The notes under the pieces are model-generated. The model did not search any database. It was not told the origin of the DNA and saw nothing but the letters and a program-made list of their open reading frames with translations. 64,000 nt of DNA from Candidatus Dormiibacterota bacterium. GTDB lineage: Bacteria > Chloroflexota > Dormibacteria > Aeolococcales > Aeolococcaceae. The stretch is from assembly GCA_963718525.1 (NCBI GenBank), contig OY970355.1, positions 2,528,001-2,592,000 of the forward strand, written 5' to 3'. The position numbers and the translations under genes were made by a program. The stretch's first letter is position 1. Each line of letters starts with the position of its first letter. Shown here piece after piece: positions 1 through 11,056 of the stretch.

Positions 1-261
1 GACCGCTGCGGCGAAGGCCCAGTCCGTCGCCATGTCCGACGCGGGCACAACGAAACGAATGCCCAGCCAGAGGCTCAGTGGGAGGATCAGCCAGGCGGGT
101 GGCGTCGGACCCATCCGGCCGAGGAGCCCGCGGAGCTCCCACGCCCCGATCACCGCTCCGGCGCCGACGATGGTGGCGACCCCCGGCGTGCCGATCCAGA
201 GTGCGGCGGCGATGATCGCGACGAGCACCACCCCCGACGCCACCCTCAGGGCGAGGTTCAT
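1..261 (-). CDS. cdsA: Phosphatidate cytidylyltransferase, N-terminal part (runs off window start)
   Basis: Translated by hand: MNLALRVASGVVLVAIIAAALWIG...GAWELRGLL; hydrophobic; ATGA overlap with the uppS stop; canonical frr-uppS-cdsA order. Confidence 0.85.
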   Translation of the reverse strand, partial: MNLALRVASGVVLVAIIAAALWIGTPGVATIVGAGAVIGAWELRGLLGRMGPTPPAWLILPLSLWLGIRFVVPASDMATDWAFAAAV

Positions 262-1052
262 TCCGCCCGGCTGGCGTTCTGGACGGAGCCGGCGTGCGCG
301 GGGACGCGCTCGACGCCTTCGGGGATGGCGCCGAACTTGCGCTCGCGACTCGAAAAGTCGGAGAGCGCCTCGTGAATCGCCGTCTCGCCGAAATCCGGCC
401 ACAGCGTGTCGGTGACATACAGCTCGGCGTAGGCCGCCTGCCAGAGGAGGAAGTTGCTGATTCGGAGCTCCCCAGCGGTCCGCACGATGAGGTCCGGGTC
501 CGGAAGACCTCGTGTGTAGAGCGCGTCACTGATGGCCGGCTCGTCGATCGCGGCGAGGTCGATGCCGGTAGAGGCGAGCTCACGGATCGCGTCCACGATC
601 TCGCGCCTCCCCCCGTAGTTGATGGCGACGTTGAGAATGGCCGCGGTATCGCCCGCGGTGATCGCCTCGGCCTGGGCGACCTTCGCCTGCAGCGATTCGC
701 TGAGCCGGGCGCGGTCGCCGATGACGCGGATCTGCACTCCGTTCTCATGGAGCTCGCCGACCTCGCGGTCGATGGTCTCTCCGAAGAGTCGCATCAGGGC
801 CGTCACCTCACCGCGTGGCCGCTGCCAGTTCTCGGTGCTGAACGCATAGAGGGTGAGGATGTGCACCCCGGCCTGGTGACAGGCCTCCATCACCGGACGG
901 ATCGCTCGCACCCCCGCTCGATGGCCGGCCACGCGGGGGAGGTGGCGCTGCCTGGCCCAGCGTCCATTGCCGTCCATGATGATGCCGACATGCCGCGGAA
1001 GGTCGGCCCTTGCGGGGAGCGGGATCGCGGCGGGATCGGGTGGGCGCTGCAT
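258..1052 (-). CDS. uppS: Polyprenyl (undecaprenyl) diphosphate synthase
   Basis: HVGIIMDGNGRWA, YAFSTENW and RTAGELRISNFLLWQ motifs. Confidence 0.97.
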   Translation of the reverse strand: MQRPPDPAAIPLPARADLPRHVGIIMDGNGRWARQRHLPRVAGHRAGVRAIRPVMEACHQAGVHILTLYAFSTENWQRPRGEVTALMRLFGETIDREVGELHENGVQIRVIGDRARLSESLQAKVAQAEAITAGDTAAILNVAINYGGRREIVDAIRELASTGIDLAAIDEPAISDALYTRGLPDPDLIVRTAGELRISNFLLWQAAYAELYVTDTLWPDFGETAIHEALSDFSSRERKFGAIPEGVERVPAHAGSVQNASRAE

Positions 1053-1110
1053 TGTGGGGCTCGGGGTCAGAACGCCACGAAGGCATCAGCCGTTTCGGCG
1101 CCGGTCTCCG

Positions 1111-1704
1111 TCAGACCTCGAGGATCTCAGCCTCCTTCCGCTGGGTGGCGTCGTCGATCCTGGCGATGAACTGGTCAGTGATCTTCTGCACGTCGACCAG
1201 TTTGGAAGCCACCTCGTCCTTGCTGATATGGCCATCCTTCTCGACGCGGCGGAGATGGTCCACCTCATCCCGGCGGATGTTACGCACGGCCACGCGCGCC
1301 TCCTCCGCTTTGCGATGGATCACCTTGACGAGATCCTTGCGCCGCTCCTCCGTCAGCTGGGGGATCGCGACCCGAATCACCTGGCCGTCGTTGCTCGGGT
1401 TGAGCCCGAGGTCGCTCTTCTGGATTGCCTTCTCGATCGCGCCCAGCGAGCTGCGGTCGTACGGTTGGATCACGAGCATGCTGGCCTCGGGAACGCTGAT
1501 GCCTGCAATTGTCTGGAGTGGCGTGGCTGATCCGTAGTAGTCGACGTGAAGCCGTTCCAGCAACGCCGGCGACGCGCGACCGGTGCGCACCGTCATCAGC
1601 TCTCGATGCAGGGCGTCGACGCTCTTCTCCATGCGCAGGTTGGCGTCGGCGAGGCGCAGTGCGATCTGTTGCTCGGGGTCGTCCTGTTTGTCGCGGTCGG
1701 TCAC
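1111..1704 (-). CDS. frr: Ribosome recycling factor
   Basis: [37 protein letters not shown]; GTG start overlaps the pyrH stop (the listed 483-aa ORF is over-extended). Confidence 0.97.
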   Translation of the reverse strand: MTDRDKQDDPEQQIALRLADANLRMEKSVDALHRELMTVRTGRASPALLERLHVDYYGSATPLQTIAGISVPEASMLVIQPYDRSSLGAIEKAIQKSDLGLNPSNDGQVIRVAIPQLTEERRKDLVKVIHRKAEEARVAVRNIRRDEVDHLRRVEKDGHISKDEVASKLVDVQKITDQFIARIDDATQRKEAEILEV

Positions 1705-2489
1705 TCGGCGTCGCCCTCCCCGTCCACTCGGGTCCCGATCTGCTCGCCGAGGATCACCCGCTCGATATTGCCCTGGGTGAACAGGTCGAAGACGATGATC
1801 GGCATCCGATTGTCCATGCAGAGCGTCACCGCGGTGCTGTCCATGATGGCGAGCCCGCGATTGAGCACCTCCAGGTACGTCAGCTTCGGCAGCCGCGTGG
1901 CGGTGGTGACCTTGTTGGGATCGGCGCTGTAGATGCCGTCGACCTTGGTGGCTTTCAGCAGCACGTCGGCGCCGATCTCGACGGCGCGAAGCGCCGCGGT
2001 CGTGTCGGTCGTGAAGAACGGGTTCCCGGTCCCCGCCGCGAGGATGACGAGGCGTCCTTTCTCGAGGTGCCTGATGGCGCGCCTCGGGATGAACGGCTCC
2101 GCGACCTGTGACATGGCGATCGCGCTCTGCAGCCGGCAGTCGATGCCGAATTGCTCGATGGCGTCGCGGAGCGCGAGCGCATTGATCACCGTCGCCAGCA
2201 TCCCCATGTAATCGGCTGTCACCCGGTCGATGCCGTGCTGGGCGGCCTCGGTGCCGCGCACGATGTTGCCGCCGCCGACGACGATGGCGACCTGCACGCC
2301 GCGCTCGACGATGTGGGTCAGCTGCTCGGCGATATGCCGCGCGGCGCCGTAGTCGATGCCGTACCCGGCGGTGCCGAGCATTGCCTCGCCGCCGAGCTTG
2401 AGGATGACGCGTGCGAACACCGGCCGGCGCCCGTCGGCGGCACGTGCCTCCACCGCGGCGAGCTCCACCTTGCCGGTTCCGAGGCTCAC
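1701..2489 (-). CDS. pyrH: UMP kinase
   Basis: [44 protein letters not shown]. Confidence 0.97.
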   Translation of the reverse strand: MSLGTGKVELAAVEARAADGRRPVFARVILKLGGEAMLGTAGYGIDYGAARHIAEQLTHIVERGVQVAIVVGGGNIVRGTEAAQHGIDRVTADYMGMLATVINALALRDAIEQFGIDCRLQSAIAMSQVAEPFIPRRAIRHLEKGRLVILAAGTGNPFFTTDTTAALRAVEIGADVLLKATKVDGIYSADPNKVTTATRLPKLTYLEVLNRGLAIMDSTAVTLCMDNRMPIIVFDLFTQGNIERVILGEQIGTRVDGEGDAE

Positions 2490-3127
2490 TCGGACGGCGG
2501 CGCGGTGGCGCCGTCGCTCTCGGTGCTCTCGCTGCCCACGGCAAAGCGGGCGAATCTCGCAACAGTGATGTTCTCGCCGAGCTTGGCGATTGCCTCCGTC
2601 ACCAGGTCGCCGACCTTCTTCTTGTCGTCCTTGATCCAGGGCTGCTCGAGCAGGCAGATCTGCGAATAGAAGGAGTCGAGCTTGCCGGTGAGGATCTTCT
2701 CGACAATGTTCTCAGGCTTGCCCTGCACCTGCTCGCGATAGACGGCGCGCTCGCGTTCGACGATCTCCGCGGGGACATCCTCGCGCCGCACGTATTGCGG
2801 CGCCATGCCGACGACCTGGAGCGCGAGGGTGTGGGCGAGGTCCTTGAAGTCGTCCGTCTTGGCGACGAAGTCCAACTCGCAGTTGAGCTCGATGAGCGCG
2901 CCCTGCTTGGCGATGCCGCCGGAATGGTGGATGTACGAATCGACGATGCCCTCGTTGGTGCTGCGTCCTGCTTTCGCGGCCGCTCGGGAGAATCCCTTGG
3001 CGCGCAGCCAGTCCTCGGCCCTGTCCATGTCGCCGTCGCACTCAACCAGAGCTCGCTTGCAGTCCATCATGCCCGCGCCGGTGCGCTCGCGCAGGGCCTT
3101 GACCATCGCTGCTGTGACCTCTGCCAT
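2486..3127 (-). CDS. tsf: Translation elongation factor Ts (short form)
   Basis: [29 protein letters not shown]; located between rpsB and pyrH. Confidence 0.97.
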   Translation of the reverse strand: MAEVTAAMVKALRERTGAGMMDCKRALVECDGDMDRAEDWLRAKGFSRAAAKAGRSTNEGIVDSYIHHSGGIAKQGALIELNCELDFVAKTDDFKDLAHTLALQVVGMAPQYVRREDVPAEIVERERAVYREQVQGKPENIVEKILTGKLDSFYSQICLLEQPWIKDDKKKVGDLVTEAIAKLGENITVARFARFAVGSESTESDGATAPPSE

Positions 3128-4032
3128 CAGCTCGTCGCCTCCCCTGCGGCAACCGGTGCACCGGTCGCCGCCGGATCCTCGGCGGCAGCCGTAGCAGCCG
3201 AGGCAGCCTGCTCAGCCGCGATGGCGTCCGCATGTGCAGCGGCCGCTGCCGCCTGCTCGGCGGCGACGACCGCGGCTGCTTCAGCCGCAGCTGCGGCTTC
3301 GCGATCGCGCTTCTCGGCCTCCTGCCGTTCCTGCAACTCGCGCTCGCTGAACTGCTGCAGACCCTCGGCGATCGCCTTGCCGACTTCGCTCACAATCAGC
3401 CGGCAGCTGCGCATGGCATCGTCATTGCCGGGAATCACCACCTGGATGGGATCAGGGTCGCAGTTCGTGTCGACGATGGCCACGATCGGGATGTTCAGCT
3501 TGTTGGCCTCGGTGACCGCAATGTGTTCCTTCTTGCAGTCGATGACGAAGACCGCTCCAGGGAGGCGCTTCATGTCCGCCATCCCCGCGAAGTTGTTCTC
3601 GAGGCGCTCGAGGTCGTCCTTTGCGTCGTTGGCCTCCTTGCCGCTCATCCGCTCGAAGTCACCGCGCTGCTGCATGACGCGAAGCTCTGCCAGGCGGCGC
3701 AACCGGCGTTGGATGACCTGGAAGTTGGTGAGCATCCCGCCCATCCAGCGGTGGGTGACGTAGGCCTGCCCGGTGTTGTGGCAGACCTCCTCGATGACGT
3801 CCTGCGCCTGCTTCTTGGTACCGACGAAGAGGACCTTCTGGCCGCTCCCGACGATATCTCGCAGGTACTCGCAGGCGACATCGAGCTGCTTCTGGGTTTG
3901 CTCGAGGTCGATGATGTGGATCCCGTTTCGCGCCGTGAAGATGTACGGGCGCATCCGGGGGTTCCAGCGGCTGGTCTGATGGCCGAAATGGACTCCGGCC
4001 TCGAGCAGCTGACGCAGTGTTACTGCCGGCAT
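3127..4032 (-). CDS. rpsB: 30S ribosomal protein S2, with Ala/Glu-rich C-terminal tail
   Basis: LLEAGVHFGHQT.RWNP, FVGTKKQA, RWMGGMLTNF, VDTNCDPD, IPGNDDA; ATG at 4032 preceded by AGGAG. Confidence 0.98.
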   Translation of the reverse strand: MPAVTLRQLLEAGVHFGHQTSRWNPRMRPYIFTARNGIHIIDLEQTQKQLDVACEYLRDIVGSGQKVLFVGTKKQAQDVIEEVCHNTGQAYVTHRWMGGMLTNFQVIQRRLRRLAELRVMQQRGDFERMSGKEANDAKDDLERLENNFAGMADMKRLPGAVFVIDCKKEHIAVTEANKLNIPIVAIVDTNCDPDPIQVVIPGNDDAMRSCRLIVSEVGKAIAEGLQQFSERELQERQEAEKRDREAAAAAEAAAVVAAEQAAAAAAHADAIAAEQAASAATAAAEDPAATGAPVAAGEATS

Positions 4033-4049
4033 GGGCGGTCGCTCCTGTT

Positions 4050-4140
4050 GGGGTGGTGTGGTGCCTCCGTCCGGGGTGAACCGCGGCGGCGACCCGGGGG
4101 CACCGGGCACCCGCCGGCCGCGTGAAACCGGACGTGTGAG
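4050..4140 (-). promoter_or_regulatory. Candidate rpsB leader (S2 autoregulatory RNA)
   Basis: Minus strand reads CACACGTCCG...GGGTGCCC...GGGTCG...CGGACGGAGGCA; terminal CGTCCG/CGGACG stem, GGGU elements and GGAGG resemble the known rpsB leader architecture. Confidence 0.7.
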
Positions 4141-4190
4141 ATGACCCGAGTGTACCAGCCCCGCCGGCTCCCCACACCTGGGGCACGGCG

Positions 4191-5642
4191 TCAGAGCACG
4201 TAGCGGCGAAGGTCCTGGTTTCGGACCAGGTCGCCGAGGCGCTCGCCGACGTATGCGGCGTCGATGACCACGGTTGTCCCCGCGAGCTCCTCGGCCCCGA
4301 ATGAGATCTCCTCGAGGACCTTCTCCATGATGGTGAACAGGCGGCGCGCTCCGAGGTTCTCGTCCTCCTCGTTGAAGCGATGAGCCTGAGCCGCGAGCTC
4401 GCGAATGCCCTCGGGGGTGAAGTCCAGCGAGACGCGTTCGGTCCCAAGCAGCGCCGCGTACTGCCGCGTCAGCGCATTGCCGGGCTCGGTGAGGATCCGG
4501 ACGAGGTCGTCCTCGCTGAGCGGTTTCAGCTCGACGCGGATCGGAAAGCGCCCCTGGAATTCCGGGATCAGGTCACTGGGCCGCGCCGCCGTGAAGGCTC
4601 CCGCGGCGATGAACAGGACGTGGTCGGTTCGGACCGGGCCGTATCTGGTGTGCACGGTCGATCCCTCGAGGATCGGAAGCAGGTCACGCTGCACACCCTC
4701 ACCGCTCACGTCTGGTCCGCGGTCGGATGCCGGGCCGCAGATCTTGTCGACCTCGTCGATGAACACGATCCCCAACTCCTCGACCACGTGGATCGCGTCG
4801 TCATAGACACGATCCATGTCGATGAGGCGGTCGGTCTCCTCGTCGATGAGGACCTGGCGGGCATCCGCGACGGTCATGAGCTTCTTCCGCTTGCGTGGCG
4901 GTGCAAGCTGTGAAAAGAAGTCGGACAGGGAGACGCCGACCTCCTCGAGCCCGGTCCCGGTGAACCCCTCGAAGGCGGGTTGAAAGGGCTCGTCGACCTC
5001 GATCTCGACGGTCGCGTCCTCCAGCGCTCCCGCCGCGAGCCGGCGCGCGATCCGGCCGCGCCGGGCACGAGCCCGGCAAGTCGCAGCGGTCGTGTTCGCT
5101 TCGCCGCCGGCATCGTTCGTCGGGGATGGCGATGCACGCTGGCGCTCGTTTCCCTCGTGCAGTGTCTCGACCAAGCGCGCATCGGCGAGGACTCGCGCGC
5201 GGGGTTCGACCTCGGCGACGCGGTCCTCGTGCAACTCCGTGATGGTCTGCTCGAGGAGATCGCGAAGGATCAACTCGACGTCGCGACCGACGTAGCCAAC
5301 TTCGGTGAACTTGGTCGCCTCCACCTTGATGAACGGCGACTCGGTCAGACGAGCCACCCGCCTTGCGATCTCGGTCTTGCCAACGCCGGTCGGCCCGATC
5401 ATCAGAATGTTCTTGGGGAGAACCTCGTCGCGCATGTCGTCGGGGAGCATGCGGCGTCGTACCCGGTTGCGCAGCGCGATCGCGACCGATCGCTTCGCCT
5501 CGTGCTGCCCGATGATGTACTCGTCGAGACGGCGCACCACCTCGACGGGACGAAGCGTCTCGCCCGCGACCGCCTCGATCAGGTCGTGGGGTCGTTCGTC
5601 GATCTCGTCCGGGCCCTGCTCCACGGCTGCGGCGCTGGTCAC
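4191..5642 (-). CDS. hslU: ATP-dependent protease ATPase subunit HslU
   Basis: [66 protein letters not shown]. Confidence 0.98.
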   Translation of the reverse strand: MTSAAAVEQGPDEIDERPHDLIEAVAGETLRPVEVVRRLDEYIIGQHEAKRSVAIALRNRVRRRMLPDDMRDEVLPKNILMIGPTGVGKTEIARRVARLTESPFIKVEATKFTEVGYVGRDVELILRDLLEQTITELHEDRVAEVEPRARVLADARLVETLHEGNERQRASPSPTNDAGGEANTTAATCRARARRGRIARRLAAGALEDATVEIEVDEPFQPAFEGFTGTGLEEVGVSLSDFFSQLAPPRKRKKLMTVADARQVLIDEETDRLIDMDRVYDDAIHVVEELGIVFIDEVDKICGPASDRGPDVSGEGVQRDLLPILEGSTVHTRYGPVRTDHVLFIAAGAFTAARPSDLIPEFQGRFPIRVELKPLSEDDLVRILTEPGNALTRQYAALLGTERVSLDFTPEGIRELAAQAHRFNEEDENLGARRLFTIMEKVLEEISFGAEELAGTTVVIDAAYVGERLGDLVRNQDLRRYVL

Positions 5643-6217
5643 GCCAGGACGGGTGCGGCGGCACCGGGCGCCGCGAGCGCAAGGGTTTCGACGGTGATGT
5701 TGTCGTTCGTGTAGATGCAGAGGCGAGCTGCGATGAGCAGGGCTCGCCGCGCGATGTCCTCAGCGCCGAGGTCGGTGCTTTCGAGCAGCGCGGCCGCGGC
5801 CGCGTGTGCGTACGGTCCCCCGCTGCCGATCGCCACCACACCGTCGCCGTCGTCGGGTTCGATGACCTCGCCGTCGCCGCTCAGGAGCAGGATCCGGTTG
5901 GCGTCAGCCACGATGAGCATCGCTTCGAGACGGCGCAGGTACTTGTCGGTGCGCCACTCTTTGCTGAGACCGATGGCCGCCCGCACCAGGTTGCCCTGGT
6001 GCTTGTCGAGGTGCTGCTCGAACTTGTCGAACAGTGTCAGCGCATCGGCAACGGCCCCTGCGAATCCGCACACGATCTGGCCGTGGAACAGCCGCCGCAC
6101 CTTCGAGGCACGCGCTTTCATCACGATGTCCCCCACGGTCACCTGGCCATCGCCGGCCACTGCCACCGTTCCACCGCGCTGCACCGCCACGACGGTCGTC
6201 GCGTGCGCGCCGGTCAT
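5639..6217 (-). CDS. hslV: ATP-dependent protease peptidase subunit HslV
   Basis: [12 protein letters not shown] (N-terminal Thr nucleophile), [32 protein letters not shown]; ATG overlaps the topA stop. Confidence 0.97.
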   Translation of the reverse strand: MTGAHATTVVAVQRGGTVAVAGDGQVTVGDIVMKARASKVRRLFHGQIVCGFAGAVADALTLFDKFEQHLDKHQGNLVRAAIGLSKEWRTDKYLRRLEAMLIVADANRILLLSGDGEVIEPDDGDGVVAIGSGGPYAHAAAAALLESTDLGAEDIARRALLIAARLCIYTNDNITVETLALAAPGAAAPVLA

Positions 6218-8535
6218 ACGGGGGCGGCCTTGGGCGGCCGGTACTTGCAGGCTGGATACCCGGAGCAGCTCACGAAGGGGCCGTATCGACCCTTGCGCGT
6301 GACCAGGGGCTTGCCGCATTCGGGACAGTCCTCCCCGGTGGGCTCGGGTGCAGGACCGGCCGCGCGGGTCCCAGGCGCACCGGGTTGTATGTACTTGCAA
6401 TCGGGGTAGCCGGTGCACCCGATGAACGTCCCCCGCCTGCCGCTCCGCCGCCGGAGCGGTTTGCCGCATTGGGGACACACGCCCAGTTCCTCGGTCTGCG
6501 CAGCGTCAGCCTCGCCGTTGGCGGCCGCTCGGTCGTCCTTGATGTACGTGCAGCTGGGATACCCCGAGCATCCGACGAACGGCCCGCGCCTGCCCTGGCG
6601 GGTGACCAGCGGCTTCTCACAGCGCGGACACATCTCGCCGGTCGCCACTGCCTCACTGGTTTTGCGGTCCTTGATGTACTTGCAGTCCGGGAACCGGGAA
6701 CATCCGACGAACTCTCCGAACTTCCCCTCGCGGACGACGAGACGCCCGATCTCGCACTCCGGGCATTCCTCACCGGTTTCGCGTGCCGGGACGCGGACGC
6801 GCTCCATTGACCGTTCGGCGCGCTCGAGGGTTGCGGCGAAGGGCTCGTACCATTCGCGGACGGTCGGCTCGTAGGCACGCGTGCCCTCCTCGACGGAGTC
6901 GAGCCGCTTCTCGAGGTCGGCGGTGAACGCGACATCGACGATATCGGGGAAGTTCTGGCGCAGGACGGCATCGACGGTCTTGCCGAGCTCGGTCGGATGC
7001 AGACGCCGCTCCAGCTGACGCACGTACTGGCGCTCCTGGATGACCTCGAGGGTCGCGGCATATGTCGACGGGCGACCGATGCCACGCTCCTCGAGCTCCT
7101 TGATCAGGGTTGCCTCCGTGAAGCGAGGCGGCGGCTGGGTGAAATGCTGCTCCGCAGCGATCTCGAGGCACTTGAGCTCCTCGCGCTCGGCGAGCGCCGG
7201 GAGAGTCATGTCCTTGTCCTTGTCCTCGTCGCGCTTCCACACCTTCTGGAAGCCCTCGAACGTGATCAGTGAGCCCGATGCCCGGAACACGTAGTCCGCC
7301 GCGTCGATCATCGCCGTGGTGTTGAGGTATCTGGCAGGGCTCATCTGACTCGCGACGAAGCGTCGCCAGATGAGGTCGTACACCTTCAACTGTCCCGGCG
7401 ACAGGCTTGCGCTGACGGAATCAGGGGTGCGGTTCACGTCGGTCGGCCGGATCGCCTCGTGTGCGTCCTGAACATTCACTGCCGCCTTCCGGCGCACGGC
7501 TCCGGTGCCGACGTAGTCCTTGCCGAATGCCGTCGTGATGTGCTTTGCCGCGTCATCACGAGCTGCGTCGCTGATGCGGATCGAGTCGGTGCGCATGTAC
7601 GTGATCAGGCCAGTGGAACCGGCACTGCCGAGCTCGATGCCCTCGTACAGCTCCTGGGCGATGCTCATCGTCCGCTTGGGCGACATCCGCAGCCGCGAGC
7701 TCGCGTCCTGCTGCAGCGTGCTGGTCGTGTGTGGCGGCAACGGCCGGCGCGTCGTCTCCTTGACGTCGATCGAACGCACCACGAAGACCGGCGTGCGCTC
7801 CGTGACTGCACCCTTGGCGTCGAGCCCGAGCGCGGCGATGACCTCGGCGGCCTCGGCCCCGGTCCCGAGCTCCAGCTTCTCGCGCTCTGCCGCGTCGGTG
7901 TCGCCGCGCCTGCCGACCAGTCGCGCGCTGAACGGGTTGCTGCCATCTTTAGCAAGAAGAGCATCGATCGTCCACGATTCGACGGGAACGAACGCGTCGA
8001 TCTCTGTTTCGCGGTCGACGACAAGGCGCACCGCGACCGACTGCACCCGTCCGGCCGAGAGGCCGGCGCGAACCTTGCGCCAGAGCAGCGGTGAGAGCCG
8101 GTATCCCACCAGGCGGTCGATGACCCTGCGGGCCTCCTGCGCAGCGACCAGCGAACGGTCGATCTTGCGTGGATGCGCAAGCGCCGCATCGACGGCCAGC
8201 TTGGTGATCTCGTGGAAGACGATCCGGTCGGGGTCGTTCAGTCCGAGCGCCTCGGCGAGGTGCCAGGCGATGGCCTCCCCTTCGCGATCAGGGTCCGCCG
8301 CGAGAAGCGTCGACGACGCCTTCTTGACGGCGGCGCGGAGATCGCGAATCTGCTTCTCCTTGCCCTTGATGAGCTCGTACTGGGGGGTGAACCCGTCCTC
8401 GACGTCGACACCCATCTTCGACTTGGGGAGATCTCGGACGTGCCCCATCGAGGCGAGCACGATGTACTCGGATCCGAGAAAACGGGCGAGGGTTCTCGCC
8501 TTGCTGGGCGACTCGACGATGATCAGACGTGACAC
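6214..8535 (-). CDS. topA: DNA topoisomerase I with four C-terminal Zn-ribbon repeats
   Basis: [45 protein letters not shown]; 4x CPxC...F(V/I)xCxx(F/Y)PxC. Confidence 0.98.
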   Translation of the reverse strand: MSRLIIVESPSKARTLARFLGSEYIVLASMGHVRDLPKSKMGVDVEDGFTPQYELIKGKEKQIRDLRAAVKKASSTLLAADPDREGEAIAWHLAEALGLNDPDRIVFHEITKLAVDAALAHPRKIDRSLVAAQEARRVIDRLVGYRLSPLLWRKVRAGLSAGRVQSVAVRLVVDRETEIDAFVPVESWTIDALLAKDGSNPFSARLVGRRGDTDAAEREKLELGTGAEAAEVIAALGLDAKGAVTERTPVFVVRSIDVKETTRRPLPPHTTSTLQQDASSRLRMSPKRTMSIAQELYEGIELGSAGSTGLITYMRTDSIRISDAARDDAAKHITTAFGKDYVGTGAVRRKAAVNVQDAHEAIRPTDVNRTPDSVSASLSPGQLKVYDLIWRRFVASQMSPARYLNTTAMIDAADYVFRASGSLITFEGFQKVWKRDEDKDKDMTLPALAEREELKCLEIAAEQHFTQPPPRFTEATLIKELEERGIGRPSTYAATLEVIQERQYVRQLERRLHPTELGKTVDAVLRQNFPDIVDVAFTADLEKRLDSVEEGTRAYEPTVREWYEPFAATLERAERSMERVRVPARETGEECPECEIGRLVVREGKFGEFVGCSRFPDCKYIKDRKTSEAVATGEMCPRCEKPLVTRQGRRGPFVGCSGYPSCTYIKDDRAAANGEADAAQTEELGVCPQCGKPLRRRSGRRGTFIGCTGYPDCKYIQPGAPGTRAAGPAPEPTGEDCPECGKPLVTRKGRYGPFVSCSGYPACKYRPPKAAPV

Positions 8536-8566
8536 TTCTGGACTTCCTATGGGGCTCTGGCGCCGG

Positions 8567-9457
8567 TTATACGGTACGGGCCACGAGGCCTCCGGGCAGG
8601 GACATTACGGCTCCGGCAAGCTCCAGCGCACCCAGCCGGCTCGCGACGAGAGCCGGGGAGAGCCCGAGTGCGAGCCCGACCTGATCCGGGTGGACCGGTT
8701 GCGTTCCCATGCGTGCCAGTATCTCCCGCAGCGGTGGGCTGAAACGCTCGAGGCCGCTGCCGGCTTTTGCGGAGAGAGCGTCGAGACCGGTCGTAGGCGC
8801 TGCCGAGCGAAGCTCGGGGACGGCCTCGAAGAGATCGGCGATTGCCAGAAATGGCCGAGCCCCGTCACGGATCAGCAGGTTGGTGCCGGTGCTCTGGCGC
8901 GAACGGATCGATCCGGGGACCGCAAGCACCTCACGGCCGAGATCTGCGGCCCAGCGCGCCGTGCTCAAGGCGCCACTGCGCTCGGTCGCCTCGACGACGA
9001 CGACGGCATCGGCGAGCGCCGCGATGATGCGGTTGCGTTTGGGGAAGTTGTATTTGAAAGGAGGCGTTCCGGCCGGCTCCTCGGTCAACAGGCACCCGGA
9101 GGCGACGATTCGCAAGCGAAGTCCCGCATGCCGTGGCGGATAGCAGACGTCGACACCGCAACCGAGCACTGCGACGGTCGATCCGCCGGCATCGAGCGCG
9201 CCCGTGTGTGCCGCGGCGTCGATGCCCAATGCCATGCCGCTGACCACCTGGATACCCGCAGACCCCAGCTCGCGAGCGATCGAGGCCGCGATCTCGGCGC
9301 CGGCAAATGTCGCGCGGCGCGAACCGACGATCGCAACCGCGGGTGTCGTCGCGCCGATGCTGCCAAGCTGCCAGAGCCCTCGCGGTGGTGACTCGAGGTG
9401 CCGGAGGCGCGCCGGCCACTCTGGCGAACCTGCATCGACCCAGCGCGGCTCGATCAT
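8567..9457 (-). CDS. dprA: DNA-processing protein DprA
   Basis: VAIVGSR, VSGMALGIDAAAH, FPKRNRIIAAL, SGALSTA. Confidence 0.95.
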   Translation of the reverse strand: MIEPRWVDAGSPEWPARLRHLESPPRGLWQLGSIGATTPAVAIVGSRRATFAGAEIAASIARELGSAGIQVVSGMALGIDAAAHTGALDAGGSTVAVLGCGVDVCYPPRHAGLRLRIVASGCLLTEEPAGTPPFKYNFPKRNRIIAALADAVVVVEATERSGALSTARWAADLGREVLAVPGSIRSRQSTGTNLLIRDGARPFLAIADLFEAVPELRSAAPTTGLDALSAKAGSGLERFSPPLREILARMGTQPVHPDQVGLALGLSPALVASRLGALELAGAVMSLPGGLVARTV

Positions 9458-10950
9458 CCGGCCATCTCGATTCGGTAGTGCAGAGCTTCGGCGAGCGCAT
9501 CCTCGCCCACCCGTTCCTCACCCGCAAGATCGGAGATGGTTCGTGCGACGCGCAGGACCCGAAAGAACCCCCGCGCGCTCAGATGGAGGCGTTCGCCCGA
9601 CAGCGCGAGCAGGCGACGCGCTGGCGGTGTAGCCCGCGCTGCGGCGAGGATCTCGCGCCCGTTCAGCGCGGCATTGCCGTGCCCGGCGCCCTCGCCCCGG
9701 CGATGGCGGGCGTCGTCGACGCGGCCGCGCACTGCCGCAGACGGCTCCTCGTCGACGCCATCGAAGATGTCGCGATATTCCTGGCGCGGAACCGAGACGA
9801 CCAGATCGATACGGTCCTTGATGGGTCCGCTGATCTTGTTGTTGTAGGCAGTGAGCTGGCGAGGATCGCAGGTGCATCCCTGTGCGTCGCCCAGATGCCC
9901 GCACGGGCACGGGTTCGACGCGCCGATGAGCATGAAGTCGGCCGGATATGTGACCGCGGCACGAGCACGTGCCACCGTGACTGAGTGCTCCTCGAGGGGC
10001 TGCCGGAGTGCCTCGAGGTGCTGCCGGGAGAACTCACAGAGCTCGTCGAGAAACAGGACTCCGTGGTTGGCGAGGCTGATCTCGCCAGGCTGGGCGAGGC
10101 CGGTGCCTCCGCCGACCAGGCCGGCGCGGGAGATGCTGTGATGCGGTGCCCTAAACGGCGGTCGCAGCGTGGTTGGCGGGCGTTCGCGCAAGCTGCCGCG
10201 CAGCGAGTAGATGGCCGCAACCTCGAGCGCCGCGTCCGGCGTGAGGTCGGGAAGCAGCGACGGGAAGGTCCGGGCGAGCATCGTTTTACCGGCTCCGGGC
10301 GGGCCGGTCATCAGCAGGTTATGGCCGCCCGCAGCGGCGATCTCGAGTGCTCGTTTCGCATGGCCTTGACCGCGAACGGCGGCCAGGTCCGGCTCAGAGG
10401 CCGGCAACGGGGGCGACGCATCGCGCACCCCGGCGACAAGTGGACCATCGCCACGCAGATATTCGACGCACGCCTGCAGCGACGCGGCGCCGAGGACCTC
10501 GACACCGTCGGCGAGCGCCGCTTCGGGGGCATTCTCCACCGGGACGATGAGACGCCTGGTTCCCGCGGCGGCGAGACATCGGGCCATCGGGAGCACGCCG
10601 GTGATCGGGCGCACCGAACCGTCCAGCGCGAGCTCTCCGAGAAAGGCGAGACCATCCAGCCGTATCGATGAGTCCCCGGCACGAAGCACGGCGATGGCGA
10701 TCGCCAGGTCGAACCCGGTCCCCTCTTTGGGCAGCTCCGCGGGAGCGAGATTGACGGTGACCCGGTGCTGTGGAAACTTGAACCCGGCGTTGCGGATCGC
10801 CGGTTTGACCCGTTCGCGAGCCTCCTGGATCGCGCGGTCGGTGAGACCGACGATCGTGAATGCCGGCAGGCCGTTGGCGATATCGGCCTCCACGGTCACC
10901 GGCACGCCCGCAAGACCTCGGGTTGCGCAACTGATAGCGAACGCAATCAC
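9454..10950 (-). CDS. comM: YifB/ComM family Mg-chelatase-like AAA+ ATPase
   Basis: VNLAPAELPKEG, AAGGHNLLMTGPPGAGKT, PFRAPHHS, GVLFLDEL, NPCPCG; start taken at GTG 10950. Confidence 0.92.
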   Translation of the reverse strand: MIAFAISCATRGLAGVPVTVEADIANGLPAFTIVGLTDRAIQEARERVKPAIRNAGFKFPQHRVTVNLAPAELPKEGTGFDLAIAIAVLRAGDSSIRLDGLAFLGELALDGSVRPITGVLPMARCLAAAGTRRLIVPVENAPEAALADGVEVLGAASLQACVEYLRGDGPLVAGVRDASPPLPASEPDLAAVRGQGHAKRALEIAAAGGHNLLMTGPPGAGKTMLARTFPSLLPDLTPDAALEVAAIYSLRGSLRERPPTTLRPPFRAPHHSISRAGLVGGGTGLAQPGEISLANHGVLFLDELCEFSRQHLEALRQPLEEHSVTVARARAAVTYPADFMLIGASNPCPCGHLGDAQGCTCDPRQLTAYNNKISGPIKDRIDLVVSVPRQEYRDIFDGVDEEPSAAVRGRVDDARHRRGEGAGHGNAALNGREILAAARATPPARRLLALSGERLHLSARGFFRVLRVARTISDLAGEERVGEDALAEALHYRIEMAG

Positions 10951-11056
10951 ACAACGCAGTATAACAAGACAAAGGGTCCGAGGCGCCATCCGGCCGTTGA
11001 AGCTTCGGCAAGACTGAGGAGACTCAGCGCTGGTGCCCTCTCGTATCGTCCGGTGC